From: Nanobdellota archaeon | GTDB lineage: Archaea > Nanobdellota > Nanobdellia > Pacearchaeales > GW2011-AR1 | NCBI GenBank assembly: GCA_038045945.1 | Contig: JBBSXC010000004.1 | Location: 240,425 to 304,424 of the forward strand | Reading direction: 5' to 3' | Length of the DNA stretch: 64,000 nt | Shown: in pieces, positions 18,212 through 28,718 of the stretch | How the letters are laid out: each line of letters opens with the position of its first letter | Position numbering within the stretch: position 1 is the stretch's first letter | Notes under the pieces: model-generated | What the model was told of the DNA's origin: nothing | What the model saw: only the letters and a program-made list of their open reading frames with translations | Databases searched by the model: none | Position numbers and translations under genes: made by a program

Positions 18212-19050
18212 TTGAAATACATACCAATAGCTTTAACCTTGTTTTTATACCTATTCTTAAGATAAACACCATAAGCAGCACCAGCTAAATATCCGCCAAG
18301 GTGAGCCATATTACCAATAGGGAGGGGCAGGAAATAACCAATAATAAACAAAGGCACTATAGCAACGAGTGGAAGAATAGAAAAGTTCATATTAATAGGA
18401 ATAGATAATTTTCTCATAGCCTCACTTCTGGAAAACATGGAGAAAATACAAACAAAAATATACATTGTCACAGCCAAATCAATAATATTAACAACTGAAC
18501 TATTAACAGAAAACTGATTTATAATAGCCTGAATAACAATAGCCAAAATAGGGCCACCCATAAGACTAACCTTGCTCCTAGGAGTAATAACAGACAAAAC
18601 CCCCGCAATACCAAATATTGCTCCAGAAGCCCCCATAGCAAGAACATTAGGGCTAGCAAAAACCTTAACACCAAAAACACTACTACCAAAAATGTATGAG
18701 AATAAAGCAAAAAATATTCCAGCAAAAACGCCGCTGGCTATGTAAAGCCAAAAAAATCTTTTTCTACCAACAATCATCTCTAAAAATCTTCCAACAAAGA
18801 ATAAAGAAAACATGTTAACAAACAAATGAAAAATGTTAGCATGCATAAAAACACTAGTGATAAGAGTCCAAACAAAAAAATCATTAAAAAGAAGATTAGG
18901 GCTCAGACCAATATAGCTAATAGTGTTAGAGTCATAAGAAGTAACAATTTTAACAACAAGAAAAATCAAGATGTTAACAATGACTAATAAATTAGTAATA
19001 CTCATTGATTCCAAAAAAGAAAGACGCGTCTTAGTTCTTACCAAACTCAT
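18208..19050 (-). CDS. Rhomboid intramembrane serine protease
   Basis: FMHANIFHLFVNM, GASGA, AHLGG. Confidence 0.93.
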   Translation of the reverse strand: MSLVRTKTRLSFLESMSITNLLVIVNILIFLVVKIVTSYDSNTISYIGLSPNLLFNDFFVWTLITSVFMHANIFHLFVNMFSLFFVGRFLEMIVGRKRFFWLYIASGVFAGIFFALFSYIFGSSVFGVKVFASPNVLAMGASGAIFGIAGVLSVITPRSKVSLMGGPILAIVIQAIINQFSVNSSVVNIIDLAVTMYIFVCIFSMFSRSEAMRKLSIPINMNFSILPLVAIVPLFIIGYFLPLPIGNMAHLGGYLAGAAYGVYLKNRYKNKVKAIGMYFK

Positions 19051-19757
19051 TTTTTCTTCATAAGCTTCTTTTTACTAGGAACAACTTTTGTAAGTTTAGC
19101 CTTAGCTTTAGCACGTTCCCTTCTAAGAACCTTGCGCTTCTCCTTTTCCCTACGATTCTTAGAATCAATCTTCTTACCAACCTTCTTACGCTCGCCCTCA
19201 AGAAGAAGCCTAATACCATCAAGTTCAGAATTAAAAGAAACAACTTTAGCATCAAGATCGCTAATAAGTTCCTTACTCTCATTAAGATCATAAACAGTGC
19301 CACACTCAGTACAAGTAAAATTATTCATTAAAGCAGTCTCCTCAGAGACCTCTAAATTACAAATCTTACAAGAATAAAACCTCTTACTTTCCCTATTCTT
19401 TCTTTGACTAGTAAAATTCTTAATATTCTCCATAACTTTGCTCTCAGCAAATTCTAAAGCTCTGATAACATCAAGAGTCCAAAAATAAGTATACCACCCC
19501 TTCTTCTTATCCTTCTTACGATTAAAAGAAACAATACGATTGTCAGACAGCCTGTAAAGAATGTTACGAGTCTGATTAATAGTTAATTGTAACTTCTTAG
19601 CAATAAGAAACTCATTAATATTAGACTTAAGGATAAGCATTTCAAGAAGATCCTTACCAACTTTACCAGTTAAAGACTCAACAAGACTACCTAAAACAGA
19701 CCTATAATGAGCAGGATCATTATTCTCTTTGCCAGACTTCTTTTTGTTAGTTGCCAC
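19047..19757 (-). CDS. tfe: Transcription factor E (TFIIE-alpha)
   Basis: wHTH (NQTRNILYRL, GWYTYFW) plus CKIC...FTCTECG zinc ribbon. Confidence 0.9.
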   Translation of the reverse strand: MATNKKKSGKENNDPAHYRSVLGSLVESLTGKVGKDLLEMLILKSNINEFLIAKKLQLTINQTRNILYRLSDNRIVSFNRKKDKKKGWYTYFWTLDVIRALEFAESKVMENIKNFTSQRKNRESKRFYSCKICNLEVSEETALMNNFTCTECGTVYDLNESKELISDLDAKVVSFNSELDGIRLLLEGERKKVGKKIDSKNRREKEKRKVLRRERAKAKAKLTKVVPSKKKLMKKK

Positions 19758-19886
19758 TTTTATATAGTATGAGTCGAATTAACAGAATTTACAAGGTTAA
19801 TAAAGCTAATCCCAATAAATACTTTTCGCTTTTATTGTTACGATTATAAAGTTTATACAAAGCTATTTATATCCTCTAGAGTAAAA

Positions 19887-20444
19887 ATGATTATGGGTCT
19901 TTTTAGTAAAAAGGGTGATAAAAATTCTGAATTTGATAAACTTCCAGAGCTTCCACAATTGCCAAAATCAATAAGCAGTTATGGGCAAACAAATAATGGC
20001 CAAATAGGCGACCAGTCTGGAATGTCCTCATCAACAAACAAGTGGAATATTGCCGCAGTTAAAGAAGCGGTTAGGGGATCGGATGAAAGTAACAATTATG
20101 CTCAAGATTATAGCGATTTAGGTGAGGGATCTTCTGGTGATCGAGAGGTGATAATGGGTATTGGTGCGCCGCGAACCAGGCCTATGAACAACTTCCAACA
20201 AGCACCAGCTGCAATGTCGGCTAGAAGAGAACCACTATTCGTTAGAATCGACAAGTTCGAAAGCTCAATAAGAGACTTCGAAGACATAAGCATTAAGATA
20301 AAAAGAGTTGAAGAACTAATAACAGATATTAAAGAATTACGAGAAAGGGAAGATAGAGAATTTTCTGAGTGGGAAAAAGATTTACAAATAGTTAAATCAA
20401 GGCTGGACAGCATTGACAGAACACTTTTTAGCCAATTAGACTAA
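19887..20444 (+). CDS. Hypothetical protein with a C-terminal coiled coil
   Basis: LPELPQLP and EPLFVRIDKF segments followed by a charged helix. Confidence 0.7.
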   Translation: MIMGLFSKKGDKNSEFDKLPELPQLPKSISSYGQTNNGQIGDQSGMSSSTNKWNIAAVKEAVRGSDESNNYAQDYSDLGEGSSGDREVIMGIGAPRTRPMNNFQQAPAAMSARREPLFVRIDKFESSIRDFEDISIKIKRVEELITDIKELREREDREFSEWEKDLQIVKSRLDSIDRTLFSQLD

Positions 20445-20478
20445 AAAAATTCTTCTTTAAGAATAAAAAAATACTAAT

Positions 20479-20844
20479 ATGAATAACAAAAAACTTTCAG
20501 GGTCTGCAGAAGAGTCTAACGTTCACGTAAAAATTGATTTTCATCAAGCTGTTAACACAAAAAAACAATTGCTTATTGGAGAAATAGATGTCCTAAAACT
20601 AATAAAGGGAATAAATAGTTTTTCTCAAATGAGAAGAAAAGAATTAGAGCTAAGAGAAGACCTAAAAAAAGAAAGCGGTGAATTACACGAGCTTGTTAGG
20701 TTATTCTTAAGAAACATGCCAAAAATACAAGACGAAGACAGAACAAAAATAAAAGAAGACTTAGCATCAATAAACAGAAGAGAAGTAATAGAAAGCGACC
20801 TGGACTCCATACGCGAAAAACTTGGAAGACTAGGCGGAATATAA
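20479..20844 (+). CDS. Hypothetical coiled-coil protein
   Basis: VHVKIDF followed by charged helices; co-oriented with its neighbours. Confidence 0.7.
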   Translation: MNNKKLSGSAEESNVHVKIDFHQAVNTKKQLLIGEIDVLKLIKGINSFSQMRRKELELREDLKKESGELHELVRLFLRNMPKIQDEDRTKIKEDLASINRREVIESDLDSIREKLGRLGGI

Positions 20845-20883
20845 CAAACAAAACTTTTTATACGCAAACCCCGATCTAGCTCT

Positions 20884-22680
20884 ATGGTCAAACAAGAATG
20901 GACAAGAGAAAAGCTGATAAAAGCATACATTGAATTCTTTAAAAAAAATGGTCATAAACAAATAGAAAACGCTTCACTAATACCAAAAAACGACCCAACT
21001 GTACTATTCACCACTGCAGGAATGCACCCCCTAGTACCGTACCTATTAGGGCAACCACACACCCTGGGAAAAAGACTAGTGAACGTGCAGAAATGTATCA
21101 GAACGGGAGACATTGACTCTGTAGGGGACACCACCCACCACACATTTTTTGAAATGCTGGGAAACTGGTCTTTAGGAGACTACTGGAAAGAAGAAGCTAT
21201 AAGGCTAACATACAAATTTTATACTGAAGTACTTAAAATACCAAAAAGCCATCTAGCCGTAACAATATTTGGAGGAGATGATAGCAGGGGAGTTGGCACA
21301 GATAACGAATCTAGAAAAATATGGAACAGTTTAGGAGTAAGTGATGACAGGATAATGGAACTAAAAGATGACAACTGGTGGGGCCCAGCAGGGGCAACAG
21401 GTCCATGTGGTCCAAGCACAGAAATATTCTACTGGAAACAAAAAAACAAATCACCGCCAAAAAAATTAGATCACAAAGACTTCAATGATGGAAACTGGGT
21501 AGAAATAGGGAACGATGTACTAATGGAATTCTTAAAAGACAAAAACGGAAAAATTGTTCCAGCAAAACAAAAAAACATAGACTTTGGAGGAGGAGTAGAA
21601 AGAACAATAGCTGCATTAAACGGATTAGAAGATAATTATTTAGCTGATATGTGGAAACCAATAATAGAAGAAATAGAAAGCTTATCTGAAAAAAAGTATG
21701 ATTCTCATAAAAAAGAAATGAGAATTATCTCAGATCATCTAAAAGCTGTAGCATTCATAATAAACGACGGAATAACACCAAGCAATACAGAACAAGGGTA
21801 TGTAGTAAGAAGACTTATAAGAAGAGCAATATGGCAAGGAAAAAAGTTAGGAGTAGAAAGCTTCACGCAAAAAATAGCTAAAGTAATATTCAAAACTTAC
21901 CAAGATTACAAGTTTGACAAAGAAAAAATACTATTAGAGCTAGAAAAAGAAGAAGAAAAATTCAACAAGACACTTGATTCTGGAATAAGACTTATTGAAA
22001 ACTTATGCAAGAGCAAGGAAATATCTGGAAAGGATGCATTTCTGTTATACCAGTCTCATGGGATACCTGTAGAAATGATCAATGAGATCGCAAGCGAAAA
22101 ACTGAGTCATGTAAACATGGATGATTACAAAAAAGAGTACGCTAAACACCAAGAGTTATCAAGAACTGCTACAGAGGGGAAATTCAAATCAGGACTAGCT
22201 GATCACAGCGTAGAAACAACAAGGTTACACACAGCAACACACCTATTCTTAGCAGCAGTTAACAAACTATTAGAAAAACCTGCAGGAAAAAAAGAAATAT
22301 TACAAAGAGGAAGCAACATAACAGCAGAAAGAGCAAGATTCGACTTCACTTACGACAGAAAACTAACAGAAGAAGAAGTAAAGGAAATAGAAGAATTAAT
22401 CAATTCTTGGATAACAACAGGATCAAAAGTTGAAAGAAAAGAAATGAATCTAGAAGAAGCGAGAAAAATGGGAGCTATGGGAATATTCGAAGAAAAATAC
22501 AAAAAATCAGACGTTCTAAGTGTATACATTATAGGGGAAGGAAAAATAAGTAAAGAATTATGCACAGGGCCCCATGTAAACACACTAAAAGAAATGCAAG
22601 GATACAAACTAAAAATATTCTCACAAGAAAGCGTAGGTTCTGGAGTAAGAAGAGTAAAAATAAGGTTAGAAAAAGAATAA
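20884..22680 (+). CDS. alaS: Alanine--tRNA ligase, short form (aminoacylation and editing domains, no C-Ala domain)
   Basis: DPTVLFTTAGM, FFEMLGNWS, GPCGP, HTATH, ELCTGPH; ends soon after GSGVRR. Confidence 0.96.
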   Translation: MVKQEWTREKLIKAYIEFFKKNGHKQIENASLIPKNDPTVLFTTAGMHPLVPYLLGQPHTLGKRLVNVQKCIRTGDIDSVGDTTHHTFFEMLGNWSLGDYWKEEAIRLTYKFYTEVLKIPKSHLAVTIFGGDDSRGVGTDNESRKIWNSLGVSDDRIMELKDDNWWGPAGATGPCGPSTEIFYWKQKNKSPPKKLDHKDFNDGNWVEIGNDVLMEFLKDKNGKIVPAKQKNIDFGGGVERTIAALNGLEDNYLADMWKPIIEEIESLSEKKYDSHKKEMRIISDHLKAVAFIINDGITPSNTEQGYVVRRLIRRAIWQGKKLGVESFTQKIAKVIFKTYQDYKFDKEKILLELEKEEEKFNKTLDSGIRLIENLCKSKEISGKDAFLLYQSHGIPVEMINEIASEKLSHVNMDDYKKEYAKHQELSRTATEGKFKSGLADHSVETTRLHTATHLFLAAVNKLLEKPAGKKEILQRGSNITAERARFDFTYDRKLTEEEVKEIEELINSWITTGSKVERKEMNLEEARKMGAMGIFEEKYKKSDVLSVYIIGEGKISKELCTGPHVNTLKEMQGYKLKIFSQESVGSGVRRVKIRLEKE

Positions 22681-22702
22681 CCTAAAGATCACGAGTAAAA
22701 AA
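22677..22702 (+). repeat. Dispersed ~25-bp repeat, intergenic copy
   Basis: ataacctaaagatcacgagtaaaaaa matches consensus CCTAAAGGTCACAAGCGAAAA. Confidence 0.5.
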
Positions 22703-25438
22703 TCACTGGACATAAATGGCTGGCTTCCCAGGCTTAGCCTTAGAAGACTTGCCTTGAGGATCATACTTCTTAGAATCATTAACAGCAAAAACTTTTGTTT
22801 CCATACCCAACTTCTTAGTAAAGAATGATTCATCAAACAAATCCTTCTCTTTAGGAAGAACATAAACAAAAACTTTTGTCGCATCAATACCAGACTTCTC
22901 TTTAATTATTCTAGTTATATTATTAATGTCCTCAATAGTCTTATCAACAATTCCCTCTTGTAACTCCAATTTTTCATCAATCTTCTTACCATCAAATGAG
23001 GGCCAATCAGCTAAACTCACAAAATCCTTATTACCCAATTTTTCCCAAACTTCTTCAGCAATATGAGGACAAGTAGGAGCAATAAGTCTGACCCACTTAT
23101 CAATTATTAAATCATAAAAAGCAAAAAGCTCCTTAGATTCATCACCCATAACTGATTTAGCATCCTTAACAAGTCTTAACATATCAAAAACTGCTAAGGT
23201 GTTATACTCCCTAAGCTTCATATCAGAAATTTTTAGTGTAGCATCACGTAATATTTTATTAAACTTAGACTCAAACAAAGGCCTAACAACTCCCTTTTTC
23301 TTACTATTAGAAGCCTTCATCATCTCATAATACAATCTTTGGAAAGTATTCTTAGTAGTTTTAACTTCTTCATTTCTCCAATCAAGAGTTCCCTCAACAC
23401 TAGCTGATTGGGTAACGTAAAAACGAAAAACATCAGAACCATAATTCTCATTAATATCAAGTAAAGTTACAACATTTCCCTTACTCTTACTCATTTTAGT
23501 TCCCCCACTAATAATTACACCATGAAGACTAATGCTCTTAGGCCATGATTTCTCCGGGAATAATGACGCAAAAGCAAAAATCATAAACGAGAGGTGGTTA
23601 GAAAGATGAAGATAATAGGTATGTCTTTGATCAACAGGCATCCAATAATCAAAACTTTCCTTTATCTCTTTCAAAACAGATTCCTTAACACCAATTATTT
23701 TAGAAACGCTCTTAGAATTACCTTCCCCGAGATAAACAAAATCAAAAAACTCTTTTTTCAGATTATCTCTCTTTAAACCATGTTCCTTGATTAAGTGATT
23801 AATAGTGTAAAGAGTCATATAAATTGTAGAATCGGAAAGAGACTCAATAATCCATTTTTTATCAAAAGGAAAGACAGTTCCAAGACCTCTTCTTCTAGCA
23901 CAAGGCCTCTTATCTAACCAGTCAATAGTGTCAAAAAACTGTTTCTTAAAATTATCTGGGGTAACAGAAACTTTTTCTAAACACTTACGAGCTTTATCTT
24001 TCCAACCAAGAGAGTTAAAATCCAAAAACCATTGGTCATCCATTACCGCAACAATAATTTTACCGCCGCTTCGTGAAAAAGCCTTACGAGAAGTCTCAAA
24101 CATTGTTGTAGCAGTACCCTTTTTAATCATTTCATCTTTCATCTTCTCCTTTGCATCTTTAACACTCATATCTTTATACTTTCCACAGTTATCATTAAGA
24201 AAACCCTTATGGAATCCCTCTTTGTAAACATCCTGTGTAAGTTTTTCGAGTTTTTTATCATCACCAAATAACGCCTTAGATAATTCAACAACAGAAACTC
24301 CTGCTTTATCACCATACTTCTCAGTTCTAATAATTGGAATAATCTCTATATCTTCAATTTCCCTAATCAAATCAGAAGAAAAACCATATGCCTTATCCAG
24401 TTTCTTATTATCCTGAAGTTCCCTCAAAGCAACATAATCATAAGGGGCATCACTAGGAACAGAAGTAACTATTCCGGTACCATAGTCTCCATCAACAAAA
24501 CTTGATGGAAGAATAATAAGCTTCTTATTAATAGCTAAAGAAGTAGCATATTCGCCAATAAGTTTTTCTTTAGACCTACCTAATATTGTGATATCCTTTC
24601 TTTGATGCTTAAGTTTTTCAAGAGATTCTTTACTGATAATCCAAACCTCATCACCAACCTTTGCCTCATGATACTCCACACTAGGATTAACCCACAAATT
24701 TGTTTGACCGAAGATTGTCTCAGGACGTAAAGTCGCAGCTACTAAAATCTTTTTCTTAAAAGAAAACTTAAGAAGCGTAAACTCTACCTTTTCAACAGGA
24801 TCAGTATCGCCATCCTTAATATCATCTTCTCCCATTGCACTCTCGTCAGACGGAGAATAAAGGAGAGGATAATCCTTCTTAACTAAAAAACCGTTATCAT
24901 GATACTTATGAAATTGCCAATTAACCATTTCCTGATGCTCAAAATCACCAGAAGTAAAACTTCTCCTCCAATCAACACCAAGCCCTAACTGTTTATACTC
25001 AGAAATCATTTTAGGAATGAAAAAATCAACAATTTTTTGAGGCTGGACAAAAGACTTTACAACATCCTTAACTTTCTTTTTATCCTTAATATAAGCTGAA
25101 ACATACCTCTCATAAAGCTCGATCATCTCTTTATTACCATTCTTAATAGCAGCAGAAATACCCAAGACTGGGGTACCAGTAATATGAAAGGCTAAAGGGT
25201 ATAAAACATTAAAACCGTTCATCCTCTTAAAACGAGAATAAACATCAGTTTCAACAGTAGCCCTACCATGACCTATATGAAGAGAGCCAGAGATATAAGG
25301 GTAAGGAGTAGTAATAAAAAACTTTTTTCTTTTATCAGGCTCAACCTCAAAAGCCTTCTTATCTTCCCACTTCTTCTGCCACTTAGACTCAACCTTTCTA
25401 AAATCATAATCTGAATCAACCATAAAAGAAACTAACAA
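22703..25438 (-). CDS. leuS: Leucine--tRNA ligase (archaeal type)
   Basis: PYPYISGSLHIGH, ATLRPET, GTGIVTSVPSDAP, KMSKS. Confidence 0.96.
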   Translation of the reverse strand: MLVSFMVDSDYDFRKVESKWQKKWEDKKAFEVEPDKRKKFFITTPYPYISGSLHIGHGRATVETDVYSRFKRMNGFNVLYPLAFHITGTPVLGISAAIKNGNKEMIELYERYVSAYIKDKKKVKDVVKSFVQPQKIVDFFIPKMISEYKQLGLGVDWRRSFTSGDFEHQEMVNWQFHKYHDNGFLVKKDYPLLYSPSDESAMGEDDIKDGDTDPVEKVEFTLLKFSFKKKILVAATLRPETIFGQTNLWVNPSVEYHEAKVGDEVWIISKESLEKLKHQRKDITILGRSKEKLIGEYATSLAINKKLIILPSSFVDGDYGTGIVTSVPSDAPYDYVALRELQDNKKLDKAYGFSSDLIREIEDIEIIPIIRTEKYGDKAGVSVVELSKALFGDDKKLEKLTQDVYKEGFHKGFLNDNCGKYKDMSVKDAKEKMKDEMIKKGTATTMFETSRKAFSRSGGKIIVAVMDDQWFLDFNSLGWKDKARKCLEKVSVTPDNFKKQFFDTIDWLDKRPCARRRGLGTVFPFDKKWIIESLSDSTIYMTLYTINHLIKEHGLKRDNLKKEFFDFVYLGEGNSKSVSKIIGVKESVLKEIKESFDYWMPVDQRHTYYLHLSNHLSFMIFAFASLFPEKSWPKSISLHGVIISGGTKMSKSKGNVVTLLDINENYGSDVFRFYVTQSASVEGTLDWRNEEVKTTKNTFQRLYYEMMKASNSKKKGVVRPLFESKFNKILRDATLKISDMKLREYNTLAVFDMLRLVKDAKSVMGDESKELFAFYDLIIDKWVRLIAPTCPHIAEEVWEKLGNKDFVSLADWPSFDGKKIDEKLELQEGIVDKTIEDINNITRIIKEKSGIDATKVFVYVLPKEKDLFDESFFTKKLGMETKVFAVNDSKKYDPQGKSSKAKPGKPAIYVQ

Positions 25439-25494
25439 AGCATGTTTAAAAGATTAACGTGTAAGAACAATTACAAAGAAAAACTTGTTATTAT

Positions 25495-26235
25495 TTAGCC
25501 ACAAGCAATTATTTGAGTACTCTGGGAAGCCTTATTCTTTATACCCCACTGAGTTTTTGATCCTTCTATACCCGTTATGTCATCATAAAGCCATGAGTCC
25601 TGAGCACCATTATCTTGAAGATCGAGTATTTTTTGCTCTGTTCCATCACCATTATTACCCCAATCACGATTATCAGCAACAATATTACCATTAGAAAACT
25701 TGAAAGAATCAATAAACCAAAAATTTCTTTCAGCTTGCGTTGCTTGAGGAAAACTATAATATATACCTGAAGTTCCAGCTATTTCATAATAATCAGCAAC
25801 TTTAACCACTCTACCAGCATTAATATCATTAACAATAAGTTTACAAGCTCTTTGAAGACAAACAGAAGGAACATTAATCTTTAAAATATCATTTTGACTA
25901 TACTGAGTTAAATTATTACCATCAAAAACCCTCTGACAAGTAACATTATTAGCCCTAGTCTCATACTCAACAGCGTTCATACCACCAAACCTGGTAGAAT
26001 CAAGAGAATTCTTAGAAACTTCAGAAGTATCAACTAAACCATTCTGATTAGAATCAACAGAAGTAAGATTAGTTGAAGTAGTAGAAACAAACTGCAAAGC
26101 ATGATAAGCAGAACTAGAAGGAATAACAAAAGGATTACCTGACTGACCAATAACAAAACCAATAACAGAACCAATAACTAAGAGCAACAAAGCCCTTGTT
26201 AAAACACCCTTTTTTATATCAAAACTAAAACGCAT
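25495..26235 (-). CDS. Secreted or membrane-anchored hypothetical protein
   Basis: N-terminal hydrophobic segment followed by an Asn/Asp-rich beta region. Confidence 0.65.
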   Translation of the reverse strand: MRFSFDIKKGVLTRALLLLVIGSVIGFVIGQSGNPFVIPSSSAYHALQFVSTTSTNLTSVDSNQNGLVDTSEVSKNSLDSTRFGGMNAVEYETRANNVTCQRVFDGNNLTQYSQNDILKINVPSVCLQRACKLIVNDINAGRVVKVADYYEIAGTSGIYYSFPQATQAERNFWFIDSFKFSNGNIVADNRDWGNNGDGTEQKILDLQDNGAQDSWLYDDITGIEGSKTQWGIKNKASQSTQIIACG

Positions 26236-26370
26236 ACCATATTAAGGTAAATAAGACTATAAAAACCTTATTTTTTCCAAAAATAAAAGGTTTGAAAATT
26301 TGTTTAAGGCAAATTTTGAGACCTTTCATTAACACTCAAGGTTTAAATAAAAGAAGAAGCTAAAAAACAG

Positions 26371-26880
26371 ATGGCTAAAGAAATAAACATACTAATCGCT
26401 GGAGAATTAATATATAGCAACTCAGAAGAAGCAATAAACATACAAGCAACAAAAAGAATAGGAGAATACAAAGAAGGAAAAGTACACTACAGCCCAGAAG
26501 AAGCATTATACCTAATAGAAAAAAACTCAGCAAAAATAAAGAAGAATAACAAAGAAAAAAGCTTTGACGAAATACTAAGCGAACTATCAAGAAAAGACAA
26601 AAGCTTATTCGCAAAGTACTGCGCATTCAAAGACCTAGTAAACAAAGGATACATAGTAAAAACAGGACTAAAATTCGGAGGAGAATACAGAGTTTACGAA
26701 AAAAAAGAAGAACACGCAAAATGGGTACTATACGTACTAAAAGAAAAAGACTCAATAAAAATACAAGAATTGGCATCAAAAAACAGAGTAGCACACTCAA
26801 CAAACAAAAAACTATTAATAGCAGTAGTAGACAACCAAGGAGAAACAACATACTACGAACTAGAATGGAAAAAGCTATAA
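26371..26880 (+). CDS. endA: tRNA-intron endonuclease (single-unit size)
   Basis: PEEALYL, GYIVKTGLKFGGEYRVY, H, RVAHSTNKKLLIA; the catalytic Y/H/K positions appear present. Confidence 0.92.
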   Translation: MAKEINILIAGELIYSNSEEAINIQATKRIGEYKEGKVHYSPEEALYLIEKNSAKIKKNNKEKSFDEILSELSRKDKSLFAKYCAFKDLVNKGYIVKTGLKFGGEYRVYEKKEEHAKWVLYVLKEKDSIKIQELASKNRVAHSTNKKLLIAVVDNQGETTYYELEWKKL

Positions 26881-26927
26881 TTCTGTAAGCCAACAAAATT
26901 TATAATCGGCAAAAAACAACGAATAAG

Positions 26928-27881
26928 ATGGAAGAGCAATCAGCGAATAACAAAACACAAAAACATTCAGAAACAGTAAACAAAATAATAATTCTCCTGC
27001 AAGAAAGAGGACCAACACTACCAATACACATATCAAGCCAAACAGGACTATCAATGATCTTCGCAAGCGCATTCCTATCAGAACTAATAGGAAAAAAACT
27101 AGTAAAAACAAGCAATATGAGAATAGGTAGTTCACCACTATACTACTTACCAGGACAAGAATTACAACTACTAAACTTTGTAGAACACATAAAGGGGCGA
27201 GAAAGAGACGCACTAGAACTAATAAAAAAAGAAGAAATAATAAGAGACGAATATTTAGAGCCAGCAATAAGAGTAGCAATGAGAAGCATAAAAGACTTCG
27301 CAAACCCAATACAAGCAAATTTGGAAGGAAAATCAACAATATTCTGGAGATTCTTCAAAATACCAGACATGGAAGCAAAAGAAAGAATAAAAGAAATGTT
27401 AGAACCAAAAAAGAAAGATGACCTAAAGGTCACAAGCGAAACAAAAAAAGAAAAAGTAATAGAAGAAATAACAGAAAACAAAAAACCAGCAAAAAAAGAT
27501 AGCCTAAAAGTCATGGGCGAAAAAACCCTCCTAGAAGAAAAAGCAGAAAAGAAAGAAACAAACGACTCAGAAATACTAGAAATAATAAAAAAACAGCTAA
27601 TAAATGATGGACTAGAAATAAAAGAAGAAATAGAAGTTAAAAAAAGAGAAGGGATGATAAAAGCATCAGCAGAAACAAAAATGGGGAAGATGGAAATACT
27701 AGTGGTATTCAAAGACAAAAAGAAAATAAGCGAAATAGACCTAGCAATGGCATTACAAAGAGCACAAAACGAAAAAATCGCATGCTTATTCTTAAGCGAA
27801 GGAACACTAAACAAGAAAGGAATAGAGTACTTAGACACGTGGAAAAACCTACTATTTTTCAAAAGGATAAGCTTTAAATAA
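26928..27881 (+). CDS. Hypothetical protein with an N-terminal wHTH
   Basis: GPTLPIHIS...FASAFLSEL...GSSPLYY. Confidence 0.7.
   Translation: MEEQSANNKTQKHSETVNKIIILLQERGPTLPIHISSQTGLSMIFASAFLSELIGKKLVKTSNMRIGSSPLYYLPGQELQLLNFVEHIKGRERDALELIKKEEIIRDEYLEPAIRVAMRSIKDFANPIQANLEGKSTIFWRFFKIPDMEAKERIKEMLEPKKKDDLKVTSETKKEKVIEEITENKKPAKKDSLKVMGEKTLLEEKAEKKETNDSEILEIIKKQLINDGLEIKEEIEVKKREGMIKASAETKMGKMEILVVFKDKKKISEIDLAMALQRAQNEKIACLFLSEGTLNKKGIEYLDTWKNLLFFKRISFK
27417..27524 (+). repeat. Two in-frame copies of the dispersed ~25-bp repeat inside a CDS
   Basis: gatgacctaaaggtcacaagcgaaa (27417-27441) and gatagcctaaaagtcatgggcgaaaaa (27498-27524). Confidence 0.6.
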
Positions 27882-27907
27882 GGCCATTTTATCCTTAGAA
27901 GGTAATC

Positions 27908-28192
27908 ATGGGAAGAATAAAATCAACACTGATAAAAAGAACAGCAAGAATACTAGAAAAAGAAGAAGGATTCGGAGAAGGATTCGAAAGAAACAAGAAA
28001 ATCTTAGGGTCAACCATGCCAAGCAAATCAGTAAGAAACAAAATAGCTGGATACATAGCAAGAATAAAGCTAAACAGAAAAAACGAAAGACCAGCAGCAG
28101 TAAAACCAAAAGAAAGAGACAGAGAAAACAGGGATGGTAGAGAAGGTGGCGGAAGATACAGAGAAAGAAGAGAATTCAACTACAACAACTAA
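27908..28192 (+). CDS. rps17e: 30S ribosomal protein eS17
   Basis: MGRIK..LIKRTA, FERNK, SKSVRNKIAGYI. Confidence 0.95.
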   Translation: MGRIKSTLIKRTARILEKEEGFGEGFERNKKILGSTMPSKSVRNKIAGYIARIKLNRKNERPAAVKPKERDRENRDGREGGGRYRERREFNYNN

Positions 28193-28202
28193 GAAAAAAC
28201 AA

Positions 28203-28228
28203 GACCTAAAGGTCACAAGAGACAAAAA
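28203..28228 (+). repeat. Dispersed ~25-bp repeat, intergenic copy
   Basis: gacctaaaggtcacaagagacaaaaa. Confidence 0.6.
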
Positions 28229-28540
28229 ATGACAGAAGAAAAAACAAACAAAAACGACAGTAACGACAACGTAATATTCATCGGAGATAAACCATTCATG
28301 AACTACGTCACAGGAGTGGTAATGCAGATGAACAACAAAGAAAACAAAGAAGTAATAATCAAAGCAAGAGGAAAATTCATATCTCGAGCAGTGGACGTAG
28401 CAGAAGTATCAAGAAAAAAATTCTTAGTAGAAACAAAAACAAAAGTATCAAAAATCGATATAGACAGTGAAGAATTCGAAAACAAAGAAGGAAAAAAAGT
28501 TAACGTTTCAACAATAGAAATAACGCTAAAAAAAGAATAA
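28229..28540 (+). CDS. albA: DNA/RNA-binding protein Alba
   Basis: IFIGDKPFMNYV, IKARGKFISRAVDVAE, VSTIEI. Confidence 0.96.
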   Translation: MTEEKTNKNDSNDNVIFIGDKPFMNYVTGVVMQMNNKENKEVIIKARGKFISRAVDVAEVSRKKFLVETKTKVSKIDIDSEEFENKEGKKVNVSTIEITLKKE

Positions 28541-28646
28541 TTCTAACCTTTCCATAACTTTTTAAACGTAAAAAATTTCCAATTTTTTGGCTTAAAAATA
28601 CAAATCACAAGCATTTTTAAATCAAAAATCTCTGCCTAATTAATAA

Positions 28647-28718
28647 GGCTGTGTAGCTCAGTGGTAGAGCATCTGTTTCATACGCAGAGGGTCGGAGGTT
28701 CAATTCCTCTCACAGCCA
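28647..28718 (+). tRNA. tRNA with CAT anticodon (elongator Met or Ile2; not initiator)
   Basis: GGCTGTG/CACAGCC acceptor and TCTGT-TTCATAC-GCAGA anticodon arm; G1:C72 and no triple G-C in the anticodon stem. Confidence 0.9.

Noticed and set aside
20884-22680. AlaRS as a truncated pseudogene
   Set aside because: Catalytic and editing motifs are intact and the gene ends cleanly; forms lacking C-Ala occur in reduced genomes.
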